Shown: positions 44,724 through 53,969 of the stretch, piece by piece
How positions within the stretch are numbered: position 1 is the first letter of the stretch
How the letters are laid out: each line of letters opens with the position of its first letter
Origin: Clostridia bacterium
GTDB taxonomy: Bacteria; Bacillota; Clostridia; CAKSNL01; HGM11501
Direction: 5' to 3'
NCBI GenBank assembly: GCA_045588365.1
Contig: JAZNEB010000012.1
Location: 1,245-65,244 of the forward strand
Length of the DNA stretch: 64,000 nt
Translations under genes and position numbers: made by a program
The notes under the pieces: generated by a model
Told to the model about the DNA's origin: nothing
The model's input: the letters and a program-made list of their open reading frames with translations, nothing else
The model's database searches: none

Positions 44724-46205
44724 TCAAAGTATAATGCAGATAAGGCCGCCTGAGCCTTCATTTATTATTCTTGTAAGGGTTTCCTTAAGCTTGAATCTTG
44801 CATCTTCGGGCATTCTTGAAAGCTTGTTGTTAAGCTCTTCTGTAACAAGTTCGTGCAGGGACTTGCCGAAAAGCTTTGACTCCCAGAGCTTTATGGGGTC
44901 TGACTGGAATTCTTCCAAAAGATAGCGGACCAAATCTTCAGATTCCCGCTCTGTTCCTACAATGGGAGCGATTTCCGTCTGGATATCCGCCCTCATCATA
45001 TGTATAGAGGGAGCGGAGGCACGGAGACGAACCCCGTATTTTCCGCCCTGACGTATTATTTCGGGCTCTTCCAAGAAAAGCTCATCGGTTCCGGGATTTA
45101 CAATTCCGTAGCCCGTTTCCTTAACCTGATGGAGGGCGTATTTGATACGGCCGTATTCCTTTTCTGTCTCGGAAAGATTTATTAAAAGACGCATAAGCTT
45201 TTCTTCGCTGTCTATATCAAAGCCTGTCAGTTCACGGATGGTATCGAAGAAAAGGGAGTCCTTCACGGTAACCTTTGCATGGACCTTGCCTGTACCTAAA
45301 TCAACACAGTCTATAAAAGCCCCTGTTATAAAGTCTTCTTCTGAAAGTGAGTCGGTCAGGCGGTTTATCTGGCTTATCCTGTCTAAGTCATAAACCGTCT
45401 GGCGGATTTTTTTGTAAAGAGTGTTCTTTAAGGAATGTTCCTTATCCAAGGCTTCAATCCAACCGGGAATGGAAATTCCTATTTCCGCTATGGGAAACTC
45501 GTATAAAAGGGATTCCAAAATGGATAAAATATCTTCCTCTTTTAATTCTTCACAGTTTATTCTTCGTGCGGAAACGTCATATTTTTCGGATATTTCACGG
45601 GCGACATTTTTAGCCTTTTCGCTGTCGGGATAAGCACTGTTTACCAAAACAATAAAAGGCTTGCCTATGCTTTTGAGCTCGTTTATAACCCTGCCCTCAG
45701 CTTCAATGTAATCGCTTCTTTCAATATCGGTTATACTTCCGTCCGTAGTTATGACAAGACCGATGGTGGAGTGCTCATTTATAACCTTTTTTGTGCCGAA
45801 CTGGGCCGCATCGTTAAAGGGGATAGGCTCATCTGACCAGGGTGTTTTAACCATTCTGGGAGCATCCTCCTCCATGTGGCCTATGGCTCCGGGAACAATA
45901 TAGCCCACACAGTCAATGAGTCTTACATTAAATGAGGTGTTCTGCTCCAGATTTATCTTGACTGCCTCATTAGGAATGAATTTGGGTTCCGTAGTCATAA
46001 TGGTACGCCCGTCTGCGCTCTGGGGCATTTCGTCTGCGGTTCTTTCTCTTTTATAAGGATTGTCTATTTTGGGTAAGACGAAGTAATCCATAAACTTTTT
46101 GATAAAGGTGGATTTTCCCGTGCGCACAGGACCTACAACCCCTATGTAGATATCACCTTGTGTGCGAAGAGCAATGTCAGAATAAATGTTTTCCAAAAAA
46201 ATCAT
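44724..46205 (-). CDS. spoIVA: stage IV sporulation protein A
   Basis: N-terminus MIFLENIYSDIALRTQGDIYIGVVGPVRTGKSTFIKKFMD (Walker A). Length 493 aa. Confidence 0.95.
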   Translation of the reverse strand: MIFLENIYSDIALRTQGDIYIGVVGPVRTGKSTFIKKFMDYFVLPKIDNPYKRERTADEMPQSADGRTIMTTEPKFIPNEAVKINLEQNTSFNVRLIDCVGYIVPGAIGHMEEDAPRMVKTPWSDEPIPFNDAAQFGTKKVINEHSTIGLVITTDGSITDIERSDYIEAEGRVINELKSIGKPFIVLVNSAYPDSEKAKNVAREISEKYDVSARRINCEELKEEDILSILESLLYEFPIAEIGISIPGWIEALDKEHSLKNTLYKKIRQTVYDLDRISQINRLTDSLSEEDFITGAFIDCVDLGTGKVHAKVTVKDSLFFDTIRELTGFDIDSEEKLMRLLINLSETEKEYGRIKYALHQVKETGYGIVNPGTDELFLEEPEIIRQGGKYGVRLRASAPSIHMMRADIQTEIAPIVGTERESEDLVRYLLEEFQSDPIKLWESKLFGKSLHELVTEELNNKLSRMPEDARFKLKETLTRIINEGSGGLICIIL

Positions 46206-46336
46206 TCCTTTCTAAAGGCATGGCTTTCTGCACGCCTTTTTCAAAGTGTGGTTTCTATATTGCTATGCCGGTTTTTTTCGTATTATGCATAAATTAAAAA
46301 TATTGTCAGGGATTTGTCAAATGACCCAAAATAATA

Positions 46337-46365
46337 TTGACAAAATCTGCTTATTATGATAGTAT
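46337..46365 (+). promoter_or_regulatory. sigma-A promoter of the liv operon
   Basis: TTGACA, 17-nt spacer, TGATAGTAT. Preceded by an inverted pair tttgtcaaat / attgacaaaat. Confidence 0.5.
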
Positions 46366-46485
46366 AAAAATTGATGTATGTGTTGATGCTACATTGGTAC
46401 ACGAGTGGTGGATTGATGAAGTAAAAATCATACATATACTAACTTTGGGGGAACTTGAAGCCCCCCGAAAATTGGAGGTAAAAGT

Positions 46486-47664
46486 ATGAAAAAATTGTTA
46501 GCTCTCATTCTTGCCTGCCTCATGGTTTGCACATTGCTTGCAGCTTGCGGCGGCGAAACAGCAGGAGACGGCGAAAAGGTTATAAAGCTCGGCGTTTTCG
46601 AACCTGCAACAGGCGACTCTGCTTCCGGCGGTAAAAAGGAAATGCTCGGAATACAGTATGCTCAGTCAAAGACACCCACAGTTGAAATCAACGGTGAAAC
46701 CTATAAGGTTCAGCTGGTGTACGGCGACAACGGTTCTGACGCTTCAAAGGCTCCCACAGCAGCATCTCAGCTTGTAAGCGAAGGCGTTGCTATGATTTTA
46801 GGTTCCTACGGCTCCGGCGTATCCATGGCTGCAGGCCCCATCTTCGGTGATGCAGGACTTGCTGCACTCGGTATCACCTGCACAAACCCCAACGTAACAG
46901 TAGGTAATGATTATTATTACAGAATTTGCTTCCTTGATCCTTTCCAGGGTTCAGTTCTCGCTAACTTTGCAGTTGACAAGTTTGCTGCTAAGAAAGCATA
47001 TCTTTTAGGTGAACAGGGTAACGAATACGACCAGGGTCTTATCGCATTCTTCAAGCAGGCTTTTGAAGCTGCAGGCGGAGAAGTTATGACAGACTCTTTC
47101 CCCAAGGATAACTCCGACTTTACATCTTACTTGAACAAGGCTAAGAACGAAGGGGCAGAGGTTATCTTCACTCCTGTTTCCATCGCTTATGCTACACAGA
47201 TAGTAAGCCAGGCTGCAAAGCTCGGCATTGACATTCCTTTCCTTGGTTCCGATACACTTGACGATAACAAGGTACTCGAGGCTGCAAAGGGAACAGACGT
47301 AAAGCTTTATGTTTCTACCTTCTATCAGGAGGGTGGTTCTCCCGAATTTGACGCAGGTATCAAGGAATACATCAACACCAATGCTGATGCTAAAACTGCT
47401 AACGGCGGCGACGATACAATCTCTGCTGTAACAGCAATGGGTTACGATTCTTACTATGTAGCTCTTGAAGCAATCAAGGCTGCAAACTCTACTGATCCTG
47501 CTGCTATAAAGGCTGCTCTTGGAGCAGTAACATACGAAGGCGTATCCGGTGCAATCGCATTCGACGAAATCGGCGATGCTAAGAGAGATACAGCTTACAT
47601 AAAGACAAGCGACAATGCAAATGGTGCATGGGCGCTTGAAACAGTTCAGACAGTTACTGAATAA
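46486..47664 (+). CDS. livJ: branched-chain amino acid ABC transporter substrate-binding lipoprotein
   Basis: Lipobox LAAC, and the LivJ/LivK-type periplasmic binding fold. Confidence 0.85.
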   Translation: MKKLLALILACLMVCTLLAACGGETAGDGEKVIKLGVFEPATGDSASGGKKEMLGIQYAQSKTPTVEINGETYKVQLVYGDNGSDASKAPTAASQLVSEGVAMILGSYGSGVSMAAGPIFGDAGLAALGITCTNPNVTVGNDYYYRICFLDPFQGSVLANFAVDKFAAKKAYLLGEQGNEYDQGLIAFFKQAFEAAGGEVMTDSFPKDNSDFTSYLNKAKNEGAEVIFTPVSIAYATQIVSQAAKLGIDIPFLGSDTLDDNKVLEAAKGTDVKLYVSTFYQEGGSPEFDAGIKEYINTNADAKTANGGDDTISAVTAMGYDSYYVALEAIKAANSTDPAAIKAALGAVTYEGVSGAIAFDEIGDAKRDTAYIKTSDNANGAWALETVQTVTE

Positions 47665-47675
47665 TTAAAATTAAA

Positions 47676-47716
47676 TAAAGCCGGCGGGGGATTAAACCCC
47701 CGCCATATGGCTTTTT
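47676..47716 (+). terminator. intra-operon rho-independent terminator/attenuator after livJ
   Basis: aagccggcggggg-attaaa-cccccgcc..ggcttttttgg, followed by a second long hairpin gtctcaaaa...ttttgagac (47729-47767). Confidence 0.6.
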
Positions 47717-47803
47717 TGGAAAGACTGTCTCAAAAGCGGTTTTCCTTAAAAAACGTTTTTGAGACGGCCTTGCCGTTTACTTGATTTTTAGGAGGGATAG
47801 TAA

Positions 47804-48857
47804 GTGGAATTTGCTATTTCGGTACTGCTTTCGGGAATTTCCGTTGGCGGTCAGTATGCACTTTATAGCCATAGGCTACACTATGGTATATGGCATTTTA
47901 AGACTTATAAACTTTGCACACGGCGATGTGTTTATGGTTGCGGGCCTGGTGATGATATTTGTTGCTTCGTTTTTGCCTTGGTACATAGCGATTGCTTTTG
48001 TTTTTATAATGATTGCTATTGCAATTTTGCTTTCTGAAATACCGATACTGAAAAAAATTGCAGGGGCAGGTATATTAGGAGTTGTGGGAATTGGACTCTG
48101 GATTATTATGAACAGAAGCGAGAATGTTCTTAGAGTTTGTGTTCCGTGGTATGTGGCGATGGTATTGGTAATCATCTTGGTTGTTCTTTTTGGTTTTTCT
48201 ATAGAGAGGATTGCATATAAACCCTTAAGGAGAGCACCCAGAATGTCTGTAATGATTTCTGCAATCGGCGTAAGCTATTTATTGCAGAATGTTGCGACCT
48301 ATGTAACAGGCGGCCAGCCTATGAACTATCCTGCACTTCCTGGACTTTCTAAAATGATTAAAATAGGCGGTGCAACAACAAGTGTTGTTACCGTGGCAAC
48401 GCCCATATTGGTTGTTATTCTGGTTTTTTCTCTGGTAATGCTTATAAACCACACAAAGGTAGGTATGGCAATGCGTGCCATGTCCAAGGATTTTGAAACC
48501 AGTCAGCTTATGGGTATAAAAATCAACAGCGTAATTTCCATGACCTTTGTTATTGGTACATTCTTAGCTGCGGTAGGCTCACTTTTATATTTCAGCAATT
48601 ATACTTACATAACTCCCACAGCAGGAGCAATGCCGGGTCTTAAGGCATTCGTTGCAGCGGTGTTCGGCGGTATCGGCTCAATTCCCGGTGCGGTTATAGG
48701 TGCATTTTTAATCGGTATCTGCGAAAACATCATAAAGGTTCTTCCCTTTGAGGGAGCAACCAATTTCGTTGATGCATTTACCTTTGCTCTTTTAATCATA
48801 ATTCTTGTGGCTAAGCCCACAGGTCTTTTCGGCGAAAAGGCAACAGATAAGGTGTGA
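47804..48857 (+). pseudogene. livH: branched-chain amino acid ABC transporter permease LivH with a +1 frameshift in a T-run at 47862-47864
   Basis: GTG start 7 nt after RBS aggaggg gives MEFAISVLLSGISVGGQYAL. The LivH consensus then continues (IAIGYTMVYGILRLINFAHGDV) in the +1 frame. The ATG at 47781 precedes the RBS and gives a nonsense N-terminus. Confidence 0.75.
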
Positions 48858-48868
48858 GGAGGGTGAAT

Positions 48869-50035
48869 ATGAAGAAAAAAGTAAATAAAAGCTCTCTTTA
48901 TGCTTTAATATTCTGCTTTGTAATTTTGCTGCTTACGGTTTTTTTGGAAAACTCAAAGATAATTCCGCCTACACACATTATTTTCACAATAATTAAAAAG
49001 GGTGCGGTATATTCTCTGGTAGCGGTATCGATGAACCTCTTAAACGGCTTTACGGGACTTTTTTCGTTAGGTCAGGCAGGCTTTATGCTCCTTGGTGCAT
49101 ATACCTATGCTATGTTCATGGTTCCCACAAACATAAAGGACACGGTGTATTATCTTTATGGAGGCTCAGCCATTAAGTTCTCCATCACCGAGTTATACGG
49201 GAATTTATTCGGTAATTCAGGCTTTGGCGGAACAGTAAGCCTTATTTTGGGCGTTCTCACGGCAATAATTTTGGCAGGTCTGGTGGCGGCTTTGTTTGCA
49301 TATTTAATCGGTCTTCCTGTTTTAAGACTTAAAAGCGACTATCTTGCAATCGCAACCTTAGGATTTGCGGAAATTATAAAGGCAATTTTCCAGTGGCAGA
49401 AGCTGGGTCCCATAACAAACGGTGCCAATATGATAAAGAGCTTTCCTACCTTTTCAAACTTCAATGTAAGAGCGGGAGGAAAGGTGGTTTTATACCTTTC
49501 AAGCTTTATACCCGTGCTCATTGCAATGATATGTATATGGGTTTTGGTGCTCTTAATAAATTCTTCTTACGGAAGAAGCTTTAAGGCAATAAGAGATGAT
49601 GAAATTGCCGCAGAAGCTATGGGAATAAACCTTGCAAAGCACAAAATGCTTTCATTTTGCATTTCTTCCTTTTTCGCAGGTGTCGGCGGTGCGCTTTTCG
49701 CCATGTTTACAAACAATGCTCAGGCGAGAGTTTTCACCTCGGCCATGACTTATGAAATTCTTTTAATCGTTGTAATCGGCGGTATCGGGTCAGTATCGGG
49801 AAGCTGCATATCTTCATTCCTCTATGTGGCATGCAGCGAATGGATTTTAAGATTTCTGGACAACGAAACCTATATCGGAGGATTTAAGGTGCCGCTTCTT
49901 AAAAACGGATTCAGAATGGTTGTATTCTCAATCATAATTATGATAGTTGTTCTTTTCTTCAGACACGGTATAATGGGTTCAAAAGAACTTCCTGATTTAT
50001 TTAAGAAAAAGAAAAGTAAGGAGGAAGTAAAATGA
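48869..50035 (+). CDS. livM: branched-chain amino acid ABC transporter permease LivM
   Basis: LivM-type permease. ATG at 48869 follows RBS gaggaggg. Confidence 0.85.
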   Translation: MKKKVNKSSLYALIFCFVILLLTVFLENSKIIPPTHIIFTIIKKGAVYSLVAVSMNLLNGFTGLFSLGQAGFMLLGAYTYAMFMVPTNIKDTVYYLYGGSAIKFSITELYGNLFGNSGFGGTVSLILGVLTAIILAGLVAALFAYLIGLPVLRLKSDYLAIATLGFAEIIKAIFQWQKLGPITNGANMIKSFPTFSNFNVRAGGKVVLYLSSFIPVLIAMICIWVLVLLINSSYGRSFKAIRDDEIAAEAMGINLAKHKMLSFCISSFFAGVGGALFAMFTNNAQARVFTSAMTYEILLIVVIGGIGSVSGSCISSFLYVACSEWILRFLDNETYIGGFKVPLLKNGFRMVVFSIIIMIVVLFFRHGIMGSKELPDLFKKKKSKEEVK

Positions 50036-50874
50036 GTACCGAAGTTTTAAAGCTTAATGATATAACAATGCAGTTTGGCGGCGTTGTTGCGGTAAACAAT
50101 CTTTCTCTTTCTGTAAAGGAGCATGAAATAGTTTCTTTAATAGGCCCTAACGGAGCAGGAAAAACCACAGTTTTCAACGTAATTACAGGAGTTTACGAGG
50201 CAACCAACGGAAATGTTGAATTTTACGGAAAAACCATGCTTGAAAACAATCCTCAGGGCAAAATGAAAAAGCTTTATGCAGGGGAAAACAAGGGAAAATA
50301 CAAAAAATCCATCGTTAAAACTCCCGACGAAATCACAAAGCTCGGCATTGCAAGAACTTTCCAGAATATCCGTCTTTGGAAAACAATGACTGTTTTTGAA
50401 AACGTTCTTACAGCAAAGCATATGAGAGCGAAGCATAATGTGTTTTCTTCTACATTCAGATTATCTTCCAGGGAAGATGAAAGAATGAGAAAAGAAACTG
50501 AAGAGCTCTTAAAAGAGCAGGGTCTTTGGGAATTCCGTGATGAACTTTCCACAAGCCTGCCCTACGGTCTTCAGAGACGACTTGAAATAGCAAGAGCTCT
50601 GGCAACGGAGCCTTGTCTTTTGCTTCTTGACGAGCCTGCAGCGGGCATGAATCCTCAGGAGACAGAGGAGCTTACAAAGTTTATCGAAACTATAAGAGCA
50701 AAGTACAATCTTTCAATTTTACTTATAGAGCATCACATGAATCTTGTTATGGATATATCAGACAGAATTTATGTAATCGACTTCGGCAAGCTTATTGCCG
50801 AGGGAACACCCTCTGAGGTACAGAAAAACAGCAAGGTTATAGATGCATATCTGGGGGTGAGCGAGGATGAGTGA
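50032..50874 (+). CDS. livG: branched-chain amino acid ABC transporter ATP-binding protein LivG
   Basis: Walker A GPNGAGKTT, signature, and the LivG-specific insertion. Confidence 0.9.
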   Translation: MSTEVLKLNDITMQFGGVVAVNNLSLSVKEHEIVSLIGPNGAGKTTVFNVITGVYEATNGNVEFYGKTMLENNPQGKMKKLYAGENKGKYKKSIVKTPDEITKLGIARTFQNIRLWKTMTVFENVLTAKHMRAKHNVFSSTFRLSSREDERMRKETEELLKEQGLWEFRDELSTSLPYGLQRRLEIARALATEPCLLLLDEPAAGMNPQETEELTKFIETIRAKYNLSILLIEHHMNLVMDISDRIYVIDFGKLIAEGTPSEVQKNSKVIDAYLGVSEDE

Positions 50875-51580
50875 AATTCTTAAAGTCCGGGGTCTTAAAG
50901 TAAACTATGGCGGTATTGAAGCGGTTAAAGGTATTGACCTTTCTGTGCCCGAAGGCTCCATTATAACTTTAATCGGTGCCAACGGAGCGGGAAAGAGCAC
51001 AACCTTAAAAAGCATTGCAGGTTTAGTAACGCCAAAAGAGGGGAAAATATTCTTTGACGGTGAGGATATCACAGGTAAAAATCCCACAGAAATCGTATCA
51101 AAACACATAACCTTGGTTCCTGAGGGACGAAAAATTTTCCCCGACCTTACAGTTAAGGAAAATTTGAAAATCGGTGCATATTTAAGAAAGGATGACCTCT
51201 CCGCTGATTTTGAATATGTATATAGCCTCTTTCCCAGATTAAAGGAAAGAGAGTGGCAGGCAGGGGGAACCTTGTCAGGCGGAGAACAGCAGATGCTGGC
51301 GGTTGGTCGTGCTTTAATGAGCCGTCCCCGTCTTATTATGATGGATGAACCCTCTTTAGGACTTGCTCCTTTGGTTGTAAAAAGCATATTTGACATTATA
51401 AAGACAGTAAATAAGCAGGGAATAACCGTGCTTTTGATTGAACAGAATGCCAACATGGCACTGCAAACCGCAGACTATGCCTACGTTCTGGAGACCGGTG
51501 TAATAACCAAGTCAGGAACGGGAGCTTCTCTTTTAGCTGACGAAAGCATAAAGGAAGCTTATCTTGGTAAAAGCAAATAA
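50867..51580 (+). CDS. livF: branched-chain amino acid ABC transporter ATP-binding protein LivF
   Basis: Walker A GANGAGKST and signature LSGGEQQMLA. Confidence 0.9.
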   Translation: MSEILKVRGLKVNYGGIEAVKGIDLSVPEGSIITLIGANGAGKSTTLKSIAGLVTPKEGKIFFDGEDITGKNPTEIVSKHITLVPEGRKIFPDLTVKENLKIGAYLRKDDLSADFEYVYSLFPRLKEREWQAGGTLSGGEQQMLAVGRALMSRPRLIMMDEPSLGLAPLVVKSIFDIIKTVNKQGITVLLIEQNANMALQTADYAYVLETGVITKSGTGASLLADESIKEAYLGKSK

Positions 51581-51597
51581 GAAAGGATTTGACATAA

Positions 51598-52992
51598 ATG
51601 AAAAGAGATTTTGCAAAAGATATTTATGAATCTCCCGAAAGCTACGACGGTAAAGTTGTATCTTTAGGCGGCTGGGTTCGTAACATCAGAGACAGCAAGG
51701 AGTTTGGTTTTATTGACTTAAACGACGGAAGCTGCTTTAAGAATATACAGGTGGTTTTCGAAAGAAAAATTATAGATAACTACGACGAAATCGCCGCACT
51801 TAACGTTGGTGCAGCGGTGGTTGTAAAGGGAAAGGTTGCCTTGACACCCGGTATGAAACAGCCCCTTGAAATAAAGGCTGAGGAGGTTTTGGTTGAGGGT
51901 CTTTCAACCCCCGACTATCCTATTCAGAATAAAAGGCACACTCTGGAATTTTTAAGAGAGCAGGCGTATCTTCGTCCCAGAACAAACCTTTTCTCTGCGG
52001 TGTTCAGGGTGAGAAGTGAGGTTGCTTTTGCAATTCATTCCTTCTTCCACGAAAGAGGCTTTGTATATGTTCATACGCCCCTTATTACAGGCTCCGACTG
52101 TGAGGGTGCAGGCGAAATGTTCCGTGTTACAACTATGGACATGGAAAATCCTCCCCGTACAGAGGACGGTAAGATTGACTGGTCCAAGGACTTTTTCGGC
52201 AGAAGCACAAACCTTACAGTATCAGGTCAGCTTGAGGGAGAAACCTTTGCTCAGGCATACGGTAAAATTTATACCTTCGGTCCTACATTCCGTTCCGAAA
52301 ACTCCAACACTGCACGTCATGCGGCGGAGTTCTGGATGATAGAGCCCGAAATTGCATTTGCAGATTTAGACGATAATATGCAGCTTGCCTGGGATATGAT
52401 TCAGTATATCATAAACCACGTTCTTAAAAACTGTAAGCAGGAACTTGAGTTCTTTAACAGCTTTGTAGACAAGGGTCTTTTAGAGAGATTAAATAATCTT
52501 GCAAAAAGCTCATATCAGAAGGTTACCTATACAGAAGCGGTTGAGCTTCTTAAAAAGAGCGGCGAGAAGTTTAACTATCCCGTAGAATGGGGATGCGACC
52601 TTCAGACAGAGCACGAAAGATATTTAACGGAGCAGATTTTCAAAAGTCCCGTATTCGTAATTGACTATCCCAAGGAAATCAAGTCCTTCTATATGAGAAT
52701 TAACGACGACGGAAAGACAGTTGCGGCTATGGATATGCTGGTTCCCGGTGTCGGTGAAATCATCGGCGGAAGCCAGAGAGAGGAAAGACTTGACGTTCTT
52801 TTAGAGAGAATGGCAGAGCTTGGCTTAAAGGAAGAGGATTACTGGTGGTATGTAAATCTTCGTCGCTACGGCGGCACAAAGCACTCGGGCTACGGTCTTG
52901 GATTTGAGAGAATTATCATGTACCTGACAGGTGTATCTAATATCCGAGACGTAATTCCCTATCCCAGAACAGTAGGCAACGCAGAATATTAA
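51598..52992 (+). CDS. asnS: asparagine--tRNA ligase
   Basis: OB anticodon-binding N-terminus and class II motifs ([29 protein letters not shown]). Confidence 0.93.
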   Translation: MKRDFAKDIYESPESYDGKVVSLGGWVRNIRDSKEFGFIDLNDGSCFKNIQVVFERKIIDNYDEIAALNVGAAVVVKGKVALTPGMKQPLEIKAEEVLVEGLSTPDYPIQNKRHTLEFLREQAYLRPRTNLFSAVFRVRSEVAFAIHSFFHERGFVYVHTPLITGSDCEGAGEMFRVTTMDMENPPRTEDGKIDWSKDFFGRSTNLTVSGQLEGETFAQAYGKIYTFGPTFRSENSNTARHAAEFWMIEPEIAFADLDDNMQLAWDMIQYIINHVLKNCKQELEFFNSFVDKGLLERLNNLAKSSYQKVTYTEAVELLKKSGEKFNYPVEWGCDLQTEHERYLTEQIFKSPVFVIDYPKEIKSFYMRINDDGKTVAAMDMLVPGVGEIIGGSQREERLDVLLERMAELGLKEEDYWWYVNLRRYGGTKHSGYGLGFERIIMYLTGVSNIRDVIPYPRTVGNAEY

Positions 52993-52995
52993 TAA

Positions 52996-53050
52996 ACCTT
53001 CCCCCGAAAAAGCCTTCCCCTTGAGGGGAAGGGGGACCGCTTAGGCGGTG
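52996..53050. repeat. GC-rich tandem hairpin element (REP-like), third copy of the family seen flanking the DUF559 gene
   Basis: ccttcccc-ttga-ggggaagg, then ggg-acc, then ccgc-ttag-gcgg. It has the same architecture as 25895-25933 and lies between the asnS stop and the true terminator. Confidence 0.5.
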
Positions 53051-53070
53051 GATGAGGTGGAATATACAAA

Positions 53071-53110
53071 ATAACGGTGAACGATAACAATCGTTCACCG
53101 TTATTTTTTT
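53071..53110. terminator. bidirectional rho-independent terminator (asnS + / XRE gene -)
   Basis: aacggtgaacga-taacaa-tcgttcaccgtt followed by T8. Confidence 0.8.
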
Positions 53111-53328
53111 TCAAAAAGTTTTCTGGGCTCGTCGGATAAGTCTAATATATAGTCAATTGAAACGTTGTAAATTTTAGCAAGGAGAATAACCAGCTCACAG
53201 GGAAGGTCCCGGTAACCGCTTTCATATCTGTAATACTGGGGCTGAGTGGTAAAAAGCATATCCGCAATTTCTTTTTGAGTGAAGTTGTGGTCTTCTCTCA
53301 GGCTTCGCAATCTCTTGTAATGAGCCAT
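53101..53328 (-). CDS. XRE family helix-turn-helix transcriptional regulator (75 aa)
   Basis: HTH_3 pattern NFTQKEIADMLFTTQPQYYRYESGYRDLPCELVILLAKIY. Confidence 0.7.
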   Translation of the reverse strand: MAHYKRLRSLREDHNFTQKEIADMLFTTQPQYYRYESGYRDLPCELVILLAKIYNVSIDYILDLSDEPRKLFEKK

Positions 53329-53352
53329 AAAAATCCCCCTCGGAAACTAATT

Positions 53353-53426
53353 TATATCTTTTTGGATATATTGACATTTTAGCATAAAAGATGTATAATG
53401 ATATAAATTATATCCAAACGGATATA
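53353..53426. promoter_or_regulatory. divergent promoter/operator region: consensus sigma-A promoter flanked by two related palindromes
   Basis: tatatc-tttttg-gatata (53353-53370), then TTGACA (53371-53376), 17 nt, TATAAT (53394-53399), then perfect palindrome tatatcc-aaac-ggatata (53409-53426). Confidence 0.6.
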
Positions 53427-53453
53427 AAAATAAAATGAAAGGGGGGTATTCAA

Positions 53454-53969
53454 ATGAAATATATAAAAACATTTGATGACACGCTGCAATGGAAAGATAA
53501 GAAATTTCAAGATATCGTAAATTTCTATTTATTTGAGTGTCCTGTTGAAAATGTATCTCAAAGGGGAAAAAGTTTTAAAAAGTACGGGGTAGTGGGTAAA
53601 GTTAAGTTCTCGGAATTGAAAAAGCAAATGTTAAATTGTGCAAGCAAAGGATTGAAAAATAACTATTATCCTTGTAAAAAAGAAGAATTATTAAAAAAGT
53701 ATGAGTTGGTGAAAAGCATAGGTCCGGTTGAAGAATATTGTGTATTTATGAAATATGATGAAAAAACAGTTATGCAATCGCTATATTCGGCAATAAGAAA
53801 CGCAATTGCTCACGGTAGCTTCAGTTGTCGTTCTTATGCTATAAACGGAGAAAAAATAAATATGTATTTTTTCCTAAATTACAATAAATATAAAAAAGCG
53901 GAAATAGTATTGAGGGAGAAAACGTTGTTAAGCTGGATAGAATTGTTGAGAAAGGAAGAGAGAAAATGA
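53454..53969 (+). CDS. hypothetical protein with RNxxxH (HEPN-like) motif
   Basis: 171-aa basic protein containing AIRNAIAHGSF (an R-x4-H HEPN signature). Strong RBS aaagggggg. Its stop overlaps the start of the next gene (ATGA). Confidence 0.3.
   Translation: MKYIKTFDDTLQWKDKKFQDIVNFYLFECPVENVSQRGKSFKKYGVVGKVKFSELKKQMLNCASKGLKNNYYPCKKEELLKKYELVKSIGPVEEYCVFMKYDEKTVMQSLYSAIRNAIAHGSFSCRSYAINGEKINMYFFLNYNKYKKAEIVLREKTLLSWIELLRKEERK

Noticed and set aside
47781-47803. ATG at 47781 as the livH start
   Set aside because: It lies upstream of the Shine-Dalgarno aggaggg (47790-47796) and gives a non-LivH N-terminus (MIFRRDSKWNLLFRYCF). The GTG at 47804 is correctly spaced from the RBS and gives a LivH-like N-terminus.
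50137-51456. Minus-strand ORFs within livG/livF (50137-50436, 50274-50552, 50905-51456)
   Set aside because: They are antisense to highly conserved ABC ATPase genes, which is a codon-complement artefact.
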